From positions 32,001 through 96,000 of the forward strand of contig CAVWVI010000004.1 of the NCBI GenBank assembly GCA_963758495.1: DNA of 64,000 nt. Reading direction: 5' to 3'. This document shows, piece after piece, positions 49,687 through 59,961 of the stretch. This DNA comes from Oligoflexia bacterium. GTDB taxonomy: Bacteria; Bdellovibrionota; UBA1018. The notes beneath the pieces were generated by a model that had not been told where the DNA came from, ran no database searches, and saw only the letters and a program-made list of their open reading frames with translations. Each line of letters starts with the position of its first letter. Position 1 is the stretch's first letter. Position numbers and translations under genes: made by a program.

Positions 49687-50391
49687 ATGAAAATAGTTAA
49701 AGAATATATTATTAAGAAGCAAACAGAATTTAGAGCCCACTCTTTCTTTCATGAGGTAGCTAGTGAATCAGAATACTCGCGGACTCTCGCTTTTGCGTCG
49801 GGTCTGACATTTTGGATTATGGCGTTCCAAGATGTTTTACGACTCAATGAAAAGCTTATTCAGGATCAGGAACTGAAGAAACTTGCCAAGCACCATAAGA
49901 TTGAAGATACAGGCCATGATCGTTGGTTCTTGGAAGATTTAAAACTTATAGGCCAAGCCGAGTTGTCCTTGAGCGACCTTTTTTCAAAAAAAATGCAAAA
50001 CTGTCGTGATGCAACCTACATGCTGATGTCTGAGATTTTCCGCACAAATGATGACATCATACGGATCATTCTTGTTCTTGTCCTTGAATCGTCTGCGGGT
50101 GTTTTTTTTGAACAGGTAGCAAACCGCGGTTCAAAATTCAAGGCCGCCTCACCCCTCAAGTATTTCTCTCATCACCATTTGGATGTGGAGAAGGGGCATG
50201 AACTTTTCGAAAATGAATTAGAAGAGCAAATCTATTCTAGAATTCTTACGGAAAAACAACGTGAGGAGGCATTTGCGATGGCTGATCGAGCCTATGAAGC
50301 ATTTAGCCTTTTACTTAAAAGTGTCTTACCAGAACAAATTCAGCTAGGTCAAAAAAATGCGTCCACTTATGATCTGAACTCACTGAAATAA
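49687..50391 (+). CDS. Heme-oxygenase-like diiron (TenA/HDO-fold) protein
   Basis: HKIEDTGH, LE, YF..H...E..H helical metal-ligand pattern. Confidence 0.6.
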   Translation: MKIVKEYIIKKQTEFRAHSFFHEVASESEYSRTLAFASGLTFWIMAFQDVLRLNEKLIQDQELKKLAKHHKIEDTGHDRWFLEDLKLIGQAELSLSDLFSKKMQNCRDATYMLMSEIFRTNDDIIRIILVLVLESSAGVFFEQVANRGSKFKAASPLKYFSHHHLDVEKGHELFENELEEQIYSRILTEKQREEAFAMADRAYEAFSLLLKSVLPEQIQLGQKNASTYDLNSLK

Positions 50392-50518
50392 TCATAGAAG
50401 CTGAACTTGGCAAGCTTATAGATGACTTCATTTGACATTCAAGAAGCATGCAAATTTGAGAAAATTGCCACAGCATTTTAGATGATTAAATGAACTAAAA
50501 GAGACACATTAAATTCAT

Positions 50519-53161
50519 ATGGTGGGTAAGAAAAAGGATCTTGTCTATCGGCACACTGAACTATTGTTCCAATTCGCTCAGGCTCCGACCGAGACCATAC
50601 CCCGGTTCCTGAGGACCAGTAGAAGGGGCTTGACCGATATCGAGGCCGAAAGACGACTCAAAGAGTATGGAACGAATGAAATCGCCCGCGAGAAAAGTGA
50701 TTCAGTTTTTAGTCTCATTTTCAAAGCGCTTTGGAATCCCTTTAATCTCCTAGTTTCTTCACTGGCCCTAGTTTCCTATCTTACTGGAGATTTAAGGGCC
50801 GCAATTTTAATGAGCGCCATGGTTGTACTGAGCGCTGGAATCACTCTATTTCAAGGATTTCGTTCTGGCCGTGCTGTCGACTCATTACGTGCGATGGTGA
50901 CTTCCAGCGCTACGGCAATACGTCGTACCGTCAGTTCAGAAAGTGATTCGCACCTCCCTGGAAGTCAACGTGAAATCCCAATGTCTCAGCTTGTTCCGGG
51001 AGATATTATACGTCTATCCGCCGGCGATATGATCCCAGCAGACGTTAGACTCCTCACAGCAAAGCACCTTTTCGTAAGCCAAGCTGGAGTTACAGGTGAA
51101 TCTCTTCCAGTCGAAAAATCTGCCGAGCCCTTTAAAACCATCACTCAAGATCTCGCTGAAATTCGCAATATCTGCTTCATGGGAACCAATATCGTAAGTG
51201 GTTCAGCAACGGCAGCTATCATCAAAACCGGAAGTGAGACCTTTGTCGGCTCACTTGCAAAGAGTGTAGTTGGACAGTCTGTCGTAACAAGCTTCGATCG
51301 TGGTATCCGCCGCTTTGTCAACCTCATGCTTATTTTTATGGCGGTTATGGTTCCACTCGTCTTTCTGATCAACGGTTTCACCAAGCACAATTGGTCTGAC
51401 GCCTTCCTTTTTGCGATTGCAGTTGCAGTCGGACTCACTCCAGAAATGCTGCCTATGATCTTGACCGTCAACCTTGCCAAAGGTGCGATGGCAATGGCAC
51501 GGAAGAAAGTGGTCGTCAAGAAACTGAATGCCATCCAGAACTTTGGTGCGATGAATATCTTATGCACGGATAAGACTGGGACACTCACACAGCATGAAGT
51601 CATCGTGGGTGGTTCAGTAGATGCGATGGGAAAAGATGATGCTACGGTCATGCATCTTGCCTATTTAAATAGTTTCTTTCAGACAGGACTCAGGAACTTC
51701 ATGGATGAGGCGGTTGTGCTGCACGTTCGGAACACGGCCCAAAATCTCACAGAGGGGCGCACTCTGCCTTATACTCTTATCGACGAGGTCCCTTTCGACT
51801 TCGAGAGAAAGTGCATGTCAGTACTTATCGAGCACAAAGATGGACTACGTCAACTCATTTGCAAGGGTGCGGTTGAGGAAGTACTTCAACACTGTGTGGC
51901 GTTTCAAACTCTTGGGACGCGTATACCCATGTGCACCGAGAAGCGAAATCATATCTATGAAACGGCGAAGGAATTGAACCGAAAAGGGCTACGAATTCTC
52001 GCAGTCGCGGTAAAGGAAATGCCATCGACTCAGGATGACTGCTCAGCCTCAGACGAGACCCATCTCACGCTTCTTGGCTATATCAGTTTCCTTGATCCAC
52101 CTACCAAAGATTCAGCACTTCTGGCAATACGTGCCTTATCGAACTACGGCATCGCCGTTAAGATTCTCACAGGTGACAATGAACGGGTAACCGCTCGAGT
52201 GGCAGCAGAAGTTGGACTTCCATCAGAAAAATTCCTTCTGGGTCATCAGATCGAAGGGATGTCTAACGACGAATTACGTCATGCCGTCGAAGAGATCACG
52301 ATCTTTGCAAAACTAAATCCTGCTCACAAACAGCGCATCGTTCAGGTACTACGAAAAGCTGGGTACGTCGTGGGTTTCTTAGGAGATGGGATCAACGATG
52401 CGCCTGCGCTTCGGGCTGCAGATGTAGGGATCTCGGTTAACAACGCAGTGGATGTGGCAAAGGAATCAGCCGATATTATCCTGCTCGAAAAAGACCTACT
52501 TGTCCTCGAAGAAGGGGTCGTGGAGGGAAGAAAGGTTTTTGGCAACATCATCAAATATATTAAAATGGGAGCAAGTTCAAACTTTGGAAATGTCTTTAGC
52601 GTTCTTGGTGCCAGCTGCTTCCTTCCATTTTTACCTATGATGCCAGTACAGCTTCTCACACAAAACTTCCTTTATGATATTTCTCAAGCCGGTATTCCGT
52701 TCGATCAAGTCGATCGAGAATATCTTGAAAAACCAAGACGCTGGGAAATCGGTGACATAGGACGCTTCATGCTCTTCATGGGTCCTATTAGCTCCCTCTT
52801 TGATTACGCTACCTTCTCACTCATGTGGTTCTACTTTGGTGCAAATCATCCCGAAATACAGAATCTATTTCAATCAGGGTGGTTCATCGAAGGGCTGCTT
52901 TCGCAAACTCTTATAGTACACATCATACGGACGAGAAAAATTCCATTCTTCCAAAGCAGGGCTTCCATTGCGTTAAGTCTGACCACTGCCTCCGTAATGA
53001 CAGCCGGCATCTGGATCCCTTTTTCTCAGTTCGGACGATCTCTCGGTTTTGTCCCACTTCCATGGGCTTATTTCCCTTGGCTCATCGTTATTCTCATGTC
53101 GTACTGCGTGTTAGCACAATTAGCGAAGACCTGGTTCATTCGAAAATTTGGATATAATTGA
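50519..53161 (+). CDS. mgtA: Mg2+-transporting P-type ATPase
   Basis: TGES, PEMLP, DKTGT, GDGIND, SSNFGN. Confidence 0.93.
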   Translation: MVGKKKDLVYRHTELLFQFAQAPTETIPRFLRTSRRGLTDIEAERRLKEYGTNEIAREKSDSVFSLIFKALWNPFNLLVSSLALVSYLTGDLRAAILMSAMVVLSAGITLFQGFRSGRAVDSLRAMVTSSATAIRRTVSSESDSHLPGSQREIPMSQLVPGDIIRLSAGDMIPADVRLLTAKHLFVSQAGVTGESLPVEKSAEPFKTITQDLAEIRNICFMGTNIVSGSATAAIIKTGSETFVGSLAKSVVGQSVVTSFDRGIRRFVNLMLIFMAVMVPLVFLINGFTKHNWSDAFLFAIAVAVGLTPEMLPMILTVNLAKGAMAMARKKVVVKKLNAIQNFGAMNILCTDKTGTLTQHEVIVGGSVDAMGKDDATVMHLAYLNSFFQTGLRNFMDEAVVLHVRNTAQNLTEGRTLPYTLIDEVPFDFERKCMSVLIEHKDGLRQLICKGAVEEVLQHCVAFQTLGTRIPMCTEKRNHIYETAKELNRKGLRILAVAVKEMPSTQDDCSASDETHLTLLGYISFLDPPTKDSALLAIRALSNYGIAVKILTGDNERVTARVAAEVGLPSEKFLLGHQIEGMSNDELRHAVEEITIFAKLNPAHKQRIVQVLRKAGYVVGFLGDGINDAPALRAADVGISVNNAVDVAKESADIILLEKDLLVLEEGVVEGRKVFGNIIKYIKMGASSNFGNVFSVLGASCFLPFLPMMPVQLLTQNFLYDISQAGIPFDQVDREYLEKPRRWEIGDIGRFMLFMGPISSLFDYATFSLMWFYFGANHPEIQNLFQSGWFIEGLLSQTLIVHIIRTRKIPFFQSRASIALSLTTASVMTAGIWIPFSQFGRSLGFVPLPWAYFPWLIVILMSYCVLAQLAKTWFIRKFGYN

Positions 53162-53182
53162 CGGTGTTAGAAAGGATCATAA

Positions 53183-53884
53183 ATGAACGAAGACGTTACC
53201 TTTATAGTTGACCTTCTCCTTTCCATGCTACTGGGCTCTCTCATTGGATTTGAGCGACAGTGGCATCAACGCTTGGCTGGGCTCAGAACCAATGCCCTCG
53301 TTTGCACGGGAGCCTGTCTTTTTACCTGCTTTTCGAAAGTTGCTCAGACTTCAGATGAGTTGCGCGTGGCCGCTCAGGTTGTAACCGGAATCGGTTTTTT
53401 GGGAGCAGGAGTCATTATACGTGAAGGGTCCTCTGTTCGCGGACTCAATACGGCGGCTACTCTCTGGTGCTCGGCGTCCATCGGCACTCTTGCAGGGTTC
53501 GGTTACAGAAAATGGGCTTTAATCGGCACACTGAGTATCCTCACTTGCAATATTCTCCTTCGCCCACTTGCACTCAAGCTCTCTCGGCAAAATGTTGAAA
53601 CCGAGTCAGAGTTCCTTTACGTCATTCGGATCACTTGCGAGTCTAACGTGGAGGAGACTTTAGTGCGCACCCTCCTCCTTCAGGCGATCAGCACCAGTAA
53701 TTTAGTCTTAAAATCAATTGAGAGTGACAGAAATCTCTTGAATCATCCCGGACTGGAGATCCGCGCCGAGCTTTTTAGTGACTCCAAGCGTGATAGTGTG
53801 GTGGAGCAGGTCGTAAATCGCCTCAGCGTTGAAAAGGGCGTAAATAGCGTCAGGTGGAAAGTGGAGCGAGGGGAAAATGTTTGA
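53183..53884 (+). CDS. mgtC: MgtC/SapB family protein
   Basis: ERQ...AGLRT, QVVTGIGFLGAG, GLNTAATLW. Confidence 0.93.
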   Translation: MNEDVTFIVDLLLSMLLGSLIGFERQWHQRLAGLRTNALVCTGACLFTCFSKVAQTSDELRVAAQVVTGIGFLGAGVIIREGSSVRGLNTAATLWCSASIGTLAGFGYRKWALIGTLSILTCNILLRPLALKLSRQNVETESEFLYVIRITCESNVEETLVRTLLLQAISTSNLVLKSIESDRNLLNHPGLEIRAELFSDSKRDSVVEQVVNRLSVEKGVNSVRWKVERGENV

Positions 53885-53989
53885 AAGAATCGACGCGCCG
53901 ACGCGATAGACTACTCGCCAAATGAGTACTGCATTGGATTAGCCTTTGGTGAGCCTTTTGCAATATATTGCGCCAAATGGAGCTTCACC

Positions 53990-55702
53990 ATGCATTATTT
54001 GGCTCTTGCCACTGATTATGATGGTACTTTGGCTACAAACGGCCAAGTTGAAAAAACTACAATCAAAGCACTTCAAAACTTCCGTCAATCTGGACGGAAG
54101 TTGATCCTCGTCACGGGCCGCCTCTTGGATGATCTCCTTCATATTTTTTCGAAGTATAATCTTTATGAGCTATTTGACCAAGTCGTCGCTGAAAATGGAG
54201 CTGTGCTTTATAGTCCCATCACAAAAAAAGAACGGCTCCTCACAGAAAGGGCGAACAAAGACTTTATTCGTGCGCTTGAAAAACAAAAACTGAAGCCATT
54301 GTCTGTGGGGCGTTCAATCGTCGCGACCTGTGAGCCAAATGAAGTGAATATTCTCGAGACCATTCGTAAGCTCGGCCTCGAACTCGAGGTCATCTTTAAT
54401 AAGGGAGCTATTATGGTTCTTCCTGCCGGCATTAACAAGGAAACGGGACTGAAGTCTGCGCTCTCTGAAATGGGCCTTTCTCTTCAAAACGTGGTGGCTG
54501 TAGGTGACGCCGAAAATGATCATGCATTCCTCAAGCATTCGGGATGCTCCGTAGTGGTAGCAAATGCTATTGATTCACTCAAGGCAGAGGCCGACTTCTG
54601 CACAGCGAAATCAGAAGGTCCAGGTGTTATTGAACTCATTGAAATGATCTTAAAAGATGATCTTCAAAAAATCTCTCGAAAGATCAACCGACATCAAGTG
54701 TTGATTGGCAAAAATAGCGAAGGTAAAAAAATTCGTTTTAATCCCCATTATTCCTGTGCTCTCTTAGCGGGTCCTTCAGGAAGCGGTAAGACCACTGCGA
54801 CCACAGCAATTCTGGAACGAGTGTTCGAAAAGGGTAATCAATTCTGTGTAATCGATCCAGAGGGAGATTATCAAAATTACCCATTTTCCGTTCCCTTAGG
54901 GGGGCCCCACGATGTTCCTAGAATTGATGAAATCATTAACTTACTTGAACACTTTGAAAATCCAGTCGTGAATCTTCTAGGTATCTCCTTGATGGATAGG
55001 CCCGCCTTTTTTGCGAGTCTGCTCATAAAACTTCAAGAGTTTAAAATGCGAACTGGACGCCCACATTGGATCGTAATTGATGAAGCTCATCACCTTTTTC
55101 CTAAAAAGTCTGATCTATTTTCTACTATCCCTTCCAATCTATTTTCTGGTTCTTTACTGGTGACCGTTCATCCTGATAAGGTCTCAAGCGCCATCCTTTC
55201 AAAAGTGAATTTGATCTTAACTCTAGGAGATTCGCCTCGTGAGACTATTGGACAGTTTGTCGAAGCACGAGGAGGTCAAACCCCATTCATACCTCAACGC
55301 AAAATGAAAACGCTGAATGCTGTAGCTTGGTTTTGTAATGAAGGTGAAAACCCTTTTTACCTTCGAGTTGAGCCAGGAACATTCGAACATGACCGTCATC
55401 GACGAAAATATGCTCATGGCAATCTTGAGGAAGATTCATTTTATTTTCGAGGTCCAGAAAATAAACTCAATCTTCGTGTGCCAAATTTAGAACTCTTCAT
55501 TTTGATTGGAAAAGGCGTTGACGATGATACTTGGCTTTTTCACTTAAAGAGACATGATTACTCACGGTGGATAGGTAAAGCAATTCAGGACAATGACCTA
55601 GCTAGTAAAATAGAATGGATTGAAAGTAAGAAATTTTCACCCCAAAAAAGCCGAGACGAAATTTTTACACTCATAGAAAAGACTTACACGGCTAATTCTT
55701 GA
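53990..55702 (+). CDS. HAD hydrolase fused to P-loop ATPase
   Basis: DYDGT, GDAEND; GPSGSGKT, IDPEGD, IDEAH. Confidence 0.85.
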   Translation: MHYLALATDYDGTLATNGQVEKTTIKALQNFRQSGRKLILVTGRLLDDLLHIFSKYNLYELFDQVVAENGAVLYSPITKKERLLTERANKDFIRALEKQKLKPLSVGRSIVATCEPNEVNILETIRKLGLELEVIFNKGAIMVLPAGINKETGLKSALSEMGLSLQNVVAVGDAENDHAFLKHSGCSVVVANAIDSLKAEADFCTAKSEGPGVIELIEMILKDDLQKISRKINRHQVLIGKNSEGKKIRFNPHYSCALLAGPSGSGKTTATTAILERVFEKGNQFCVIDPEGDYQNYPFSVPLGGPHDVPRIDEIINLLEHFENPVVNLLGISLMDRPAFFASLLIKLQEFKMRTGRPHWIVIDEAHHLFPKKSDLFSTIPSNLFSGSLLVTVHPDKVSSAILSKVNLILTLGDSPRETIGQFVEARGGQTPFIPQRKMKTLNAVAWFCNEGENPFYLRVEPGTFEHDRHRRKYAHGNLEEDSFYFRGPENKLNLRVPNLELFILIGKGVDDDTWLFHLKRHDYSRWIGKAIQDNDLASKIEWIESKKFSPQKSRDEIFTLIEKTYTANS

Positions 55703-56055
55703 GGTTCATTTCGCGACAAGTTCAGCGAGTGAAAGGCCGTGGTCCCATTGCTTTGTAATCAGATCCTATAGAAGGGAGCTATGGCAACGGCTGCCTCCTC
55801 GCTCTACTGTAGGACCTGTGCAATTAAAGGGAGAACCAATTCAACGTCTCAGTACCCCAATCCTTCTCAAAGGAAACCAAACGAGGCTCTCCTTCCCTAT
55901 TGAGGATCCCGATCCCGATCCCGATTTATTGCAAAGGCGGTTCTTGAAATGTCTCACCCGCAGCGAAGCCTAAGCCCCGCCATGACTGCTCTCGAAGTGC
56001 GCAGAGTTGAGCTTGATTGCAGTCTGGGCCACACTGAGTCTTGGCTTGTCTGGAG

Positions 56056-56787
56056 CTAAGTGCGGCCACAGATCTCCTGATAAGCTGGAGGTTCAGTCCG
56101 GGCATCGTCTTGCCGATAGCCAATTAGCCTGAGCTTTCTAAGGAGTGGAAACGTCTTGCTATAATTTTTATCGTATTTGACCCGAGCTCTGATTTTAGGA
56201 AAAAATTTTCCGCCATCTGAATACACGGCTTCTACAGTTCCATCGCCACCATATTCGTGGAAAACTCTGGAACCCTTTTCGTAGGAACCAAAAGAAGGAA
56301 TCTCTTTAAATAATTTATTAATTCTTGAATATCCAGTACTACCGTCAGTTAATCGAACCGAGGCCCATCCTCCTGAATAAATATTTTTTATTGATCCAAA
56401 ACTGGTGACCTTTAAAAGTGTATAATCGCGCGGCCCACAATTCATGTCCGTCCATGATGTAAAACCAGTGCTGAAATTCCCATGGACTTGGTTATTCACT
56501 TTAAATCCATTATAAGACGGGATCAGTTTGTGCAATTGCCGCATATTTATTATGCGTATTTTACCATTTCTGAGGGTGATCTTGGCTTTTCCGTTAGAGT
56601 ATGCTTCTAACACCGTTGATTCAGCCCGGTAGCGTTCATAACGGTAGAAGTAGCTCACCGTACGATCAATTAACACGCTGTCCGTAAAATCATAGAACAC
56701 TTTATCGCCTGTCTTCACCTTGCCCGCAAAGGCCGTGGACGCCATCACAAAAAATGCTAAAATAATTCCAAAGTTAAATTTATTCAT
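56056..56787 (-). CDS. Secreted protein with three SH3/KOW-like repeats
   Basis: Signal peptide; repeated ..V....G....YS.G...V.. units. Confidence 0.65.
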   Translation of the reverse strand: MNKFNFGIILAFFVMASTAFAGKVKTGDKVFYDFTDSVLIDRTVSYFYRYERYRAESTVLEAYSNGKAKITLRNGKIRIINMRQLHKLIPSYNGFKVNNQVHGNFSTGFTSWTDMNCGPRDYTLLKVTSFGSIKNIYSGGWASVRLTDGSTGYSRINKLFKEIPSFGSYEKGSRVFHEYGGDGTVEAVYSDGGKFFPKIRARVKYDKNYSKTFPLLRKLRLIGYRQDDARTEPPAYQEICGRT

Positions 56788-56986
56788 ATTTTATTTCTAG
56801 TAAAACCGTCTATTTTGATTACATGCGTTATACGCCATTTGTTCCAAATATTATATTTAATGTCAAGCATGTATTTAAAATTTGCCAACGACTCCAGTGG
56901 GGTTGCTCACTCAGCTTCTTGCCTGGAAGTTCGTGCGAATCATCTAAACAGGAAAGCCTTACTTAATCACAAGCGGAGCTATGGAT

Positions 56987-57802
56987 TCACCGAAGCAGAT
57001 TGGCTTTGACCACGCGGTCAAACACCTTTTGATAGGCCCTGGCCGAAAGTAGGCGTTTGAACGCCCATGCCAGTTTTCCTTCTGAGTGAGTCAGAATAAG
57101 AAAATCGCGCTTTTGAACTCCCCTGTAAATCAGGTCGGCAACTTCCGAGGAACTTTTCTTCGCTTGGGTCACGAGTCTTTTCGCAAGCTGCTCATTTATG
57201 GCATCGGATGAACGCAGATTTTCGGTCAAGTGCGTCCGGAAAAAACTAGGACAGGATACGGAAATACCGATTCCGTCTTTCTTTAATTCAAAAGCCAGTG
57301 TTTCAGAGAGAGCAACGACTCCTGCCTTGGTCGCGTTATAGGGAGCCATGAATGGAGGGTGTACAAGTCCGGCCATCGAGGCGATGTTTACGATGTGACC
57401 ATGACCTTGGCGTTTGAAAATGGGGATGAAGGCTTTGCATCCTCTTACGACTCCCAGAAGATTGATATCAATAATCCACTGCCAATCCGCAAGAGGGGTG
57501 TCAGCAACCCAGCCACTCACTGCGACTCCAGCATTGTTAATGATCACATCAACACCATTCCAATTCTCTTCGAGCCACTTTGAGGCGGAAACCAAATCTG
57601 ATTCCTGGGTCACGTCACAGAGAAGAAAATGTGAGTGAACACCCAAGACCGAAAGATCCTCACAGATTCTTCGCCCGCGCTCCTCTTGAATATCTCCGAC
57701 ACAAACCTTCCAACCCGCCTTTGCGTATCTTAATGCGAGAGCCTGCCCAAGCCCGCTGGCTCCTCCCGTGATAAATATCCGTCGAACCTCATTGTGTGAC
57801 AT
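56987..57802 (-). CDS. SDR oxidoreductase
   Basis: TGGASGLG, NNAG, YNATK. Confidence 0.92.
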   Translation of the reverse strand: MSHNEVRRIFITGGASGLGQALALRYAKAGWKVCVGDIQEERGRRICEDLSVLGVHSHFLLCDVTQESDLVSASKWLEENWNGVDVIINNAGVAVSGWVADTPLADWQWIIDINLLGVVRGCKAFIPIFKRQGHGHIVNIASMAGLVHPPFMAPYNATKAGVVALSETLAFELKKDGIGISVSCPSFFRTHLTENLRSSDAINEQLAKRLVTQAKKSSSEVADLIYRGVQKRDFLILTHSEGKLAWAFKRLLSARAYQKVFDRVVKANLLR

Positions 57803-59252
57803 GATAATTTCCCTTTCGAAAGGACAATACGGTACGCCTGAAGCTACCCACCGAACCTGGCCAAAGCGACGAGTTGCGACCCGTCCTATCCAAGTACCAG
57901 CTCTTGCATCCACCCGAAAGCCACACGGTTTCCCTCGAGCTTCGATCCACTTCCTGAATGAATTGCTTTTCGGCTCCCGCGCGCACCTCAATCGACCGAA
58001 AGTTATTTTCAGTTGCGTAGCGTAGCGATTGAATCATGTGCTCAATCTGCGCTTCGATCATCAGAACCACCGAGTTGTGACCCAAGCCCGTGTTGGGTCC
58101 AAGGAGAAAAAATAAATTCGGAAAACCGCTGCAGGAAGCTCCTAAAAAAGCTTGAGGGCTCCCACCCCACTTCTTCTCGAGAGAGGTCCCCGACTTTCCG
58201 TAAACCTGTTTCGCAAAGGCGCACTCAGTGACTTTAAATCCCGTTCCAAGGATAATGGCGTCGACCGTTCGTTCAACCCCATCAGAGCCGATGATAGACG
58301 TCGCTTTCACTTCACGAATCCGCTCAGTAACGACCTCTACGTTCTTTTTCGCCAGGGCCGGGTAATAATCATTGGAGAGAAGCACCCTCTTACAGCCGAT
58401 GGTATAGTTCGGAATGAGTTTATTCTGAAGCTCTGGATCATAAATGGCCTTTTTCAGATGCCTGACAGCAAATAGTCTCCCTAGCCCGATCCATCTTTTG
58501 TTCCGAAAGGTCACCCCAAATAGCTCACGAATCCAATAGTAGCGAATTCTCGAAAGCTTCTGCAAAGCAGGAAACATCTCAAATAGTTTACGTTCGTATT
58601 TTCGGATCGGACGATCCCCCTTCGGCAAGACCCATGGAGCCGTTCTTTGAAAAATGTGAAGACTTTTTACCTTAGGTTGAATTTCCGGAATAAATTGAAT
58701 GGCGGACGCTCCCGTGCCGACCACCGCAACTCGACGATCCTTCAGATCGTACTCATGGTCCCACCACGCGGAGTGAAACACCTTGCCTTGAAATCCGCTC
58801 AAACCGGGAATATCTTTGTCACCAGGGACCAAAGGCTCACTAAATGCTCCCAGTCCCATGATTAAAAAACGAGATGTCAGCATTCCCTTTGAAGTCTTGA
58901 TTTTCCATATCTGGTTTTGCTGATCCCAATACGCCTGCTGAAAGTCATGCCCAAAACAAACTTTGCGCCTGATGTCGAACTGATCCGCACAGCTCCTCAG
59001 ATACTTCCAGATCTCCTTTTGTCCCGAGAAGACCTGACTCCATTGCGGATTGGGCGCAAATGAAAAGGAGTAGAGATGCGATTCTACGTCACAAGCGCAG
59101 CCTGGGTAGGAGTTATCCCGCCAAACGCCGCCCAAGTCCATCGCACGCTCCAGAATGACAAAATCCTGAAAGCCATTTTGCTTGAGCCGGATCGCCATCC
59201 CAATCCCACTAAAGCCTGCTCCGACGATCACGATTTGATAGTCGGGGTTCAT
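57789..59252 (-). CDS. Baeyer-Villiger-type flavin monooxygenase
   Basis: GAGFSG, WRDNSYPG, FQGKVFHSAWWD, GTGASA. Confidence 0.92.
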   Translation of the reverse strand: MNPDYQIVIVGAGFSGIGMAIRLKQNGFQDFVILERAMDLGGVWRDNSYPGCACDVESHLYSFSFAPNPQWSQVFSGQKEIWKYLRSCADQFDIRRKVCFGHDFQQAYWDQQNQIWKIKTSKGMLTSRFLIMGLGAFSEPLVPGDKDIPGLSGFQGKVFHSAWWDHEYDLKDRRVAVVGTGASAIQFIPEIQPKVKSLHIFQRTAPWVLPKGDRPIRKYERKLFEMFPALQKLSRIRYYWIRELFGVTFRNKRWIGLGRLFAVRHLKKAIYDPELQNKLIPNYTIGCKRVLLSNDYYPALAKKNVEVVTERIREVKATSIIGSDGVERTVDAIILGTGFKVTECAFAKQVYGKSGTSLEKKWGGSPQAFLGASCSGFPNLFFLLGPNTGLGHNSVVLMIEAQIEHMIQSLRYATENNFRSIEVRAGAEKQFIQEVDRSSRETVWLSGGCKSWYLDRTGRNSSLWPGSVGSFRRTVLSFRKGNYHVTQ

Positions 59253-59911
59253 ACGGATACTGCTATTCCAGCTAGAGCTTTAAGCTTCGTTAAGACGGAT
59301 CTGGCTACACCCTTCAAAATACCTGAGCCGCTAAACGCGAAGACAAGCTGCCGCAAGATTAATTTTCCCAATTCTTCACGGGAAATATTCCTACCCACGA
59401 GCCAGTCCTGACACGCACCCTCCGCAAAACCAATCCAGCCACGCAACGCGATTTTTTGATAATCAGTCGGGTGGTCGAGTCCCAGGGCATCCCAAAATAG
59501 TTGCATGATGCGCTCCCGAACAGACTCGATGATTCTCGAGACTTCGGGATCGACTCCCACACCGCTCTTGAAGAGGCTCAGATAAGCTTTTGAGTTCTCT
59601 TCCGCATATGTAAGATATTGATCAACGCTACCGCTTAGCTTCAGGATCGGGGAGACATTCTGCAGATTTTTTTCGAGCTTCTCGATCAGCTCCTCCGCGC
59701 CGGCACGTACAGTCGCTACATAGAAATCCTTTTTCGTGGGAAAATAATGATACAAAAGCCCCTTTGAAATTCCTGCTCTCTCCGCAATATCGGAAATCAA
59801 AAGAGCATCGTAACTGCACTCTCCGAACAGTTTTTTCCCGAGCTTTAACAAGTCTTCTCGTCTGGTATCGTTTTCAAGCCTAAGGCGAGGTTTGGGGTTA
59901 CTATTGACCAT
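59249..59911 (-). CDS. TetR-family regulator
   Basis: IAERAGISKGLLYHYFPTK. Confidence 0.92.
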   Translation of the reverse strand: MVNSNPKPRLRLENDTRREDLLKLGKKLFGECSYDALLISDIAERAGISKGLLYHYFPTKKDFYVATVRAGAEELIEKLEKNLQNVSPILKLSGSVDQYLTYAEENSKAYLSLFKSGVGVDPEVSRIIESVRERIMQLFWDALGLDHPTDYQKIALRGWIGFAEGACQDWLVGRNISREELGKLILRQLVFAFSGSGILKGVARSVLTKLKALAGIAVSV

Positions 59912-59949
59912 AAGTCAATAGTATGCCATTATTGACTTATGGTCAATAG
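59901..59949. promoter_or_regulatory. Double TetR operator
   Basis: CTATTGACCATAAGTCAATA-N9-TATTGACTTATGGTCAATAG; each arm itself palindromic. Confidence 0.85.
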
Positions 59950-59961
59950 GAGTTCCTTATA

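Noticed and set aside
50392..50518. MgtL-type leader or Mg riboswitch upstream of mgtA
   Set aside because: No Pro-rich ORF or recognisable structure.
55904..55925. (GATCCC)n microsatellite as phase-variation tract
   Set aside because: Only about 3.5 units and intergenic.
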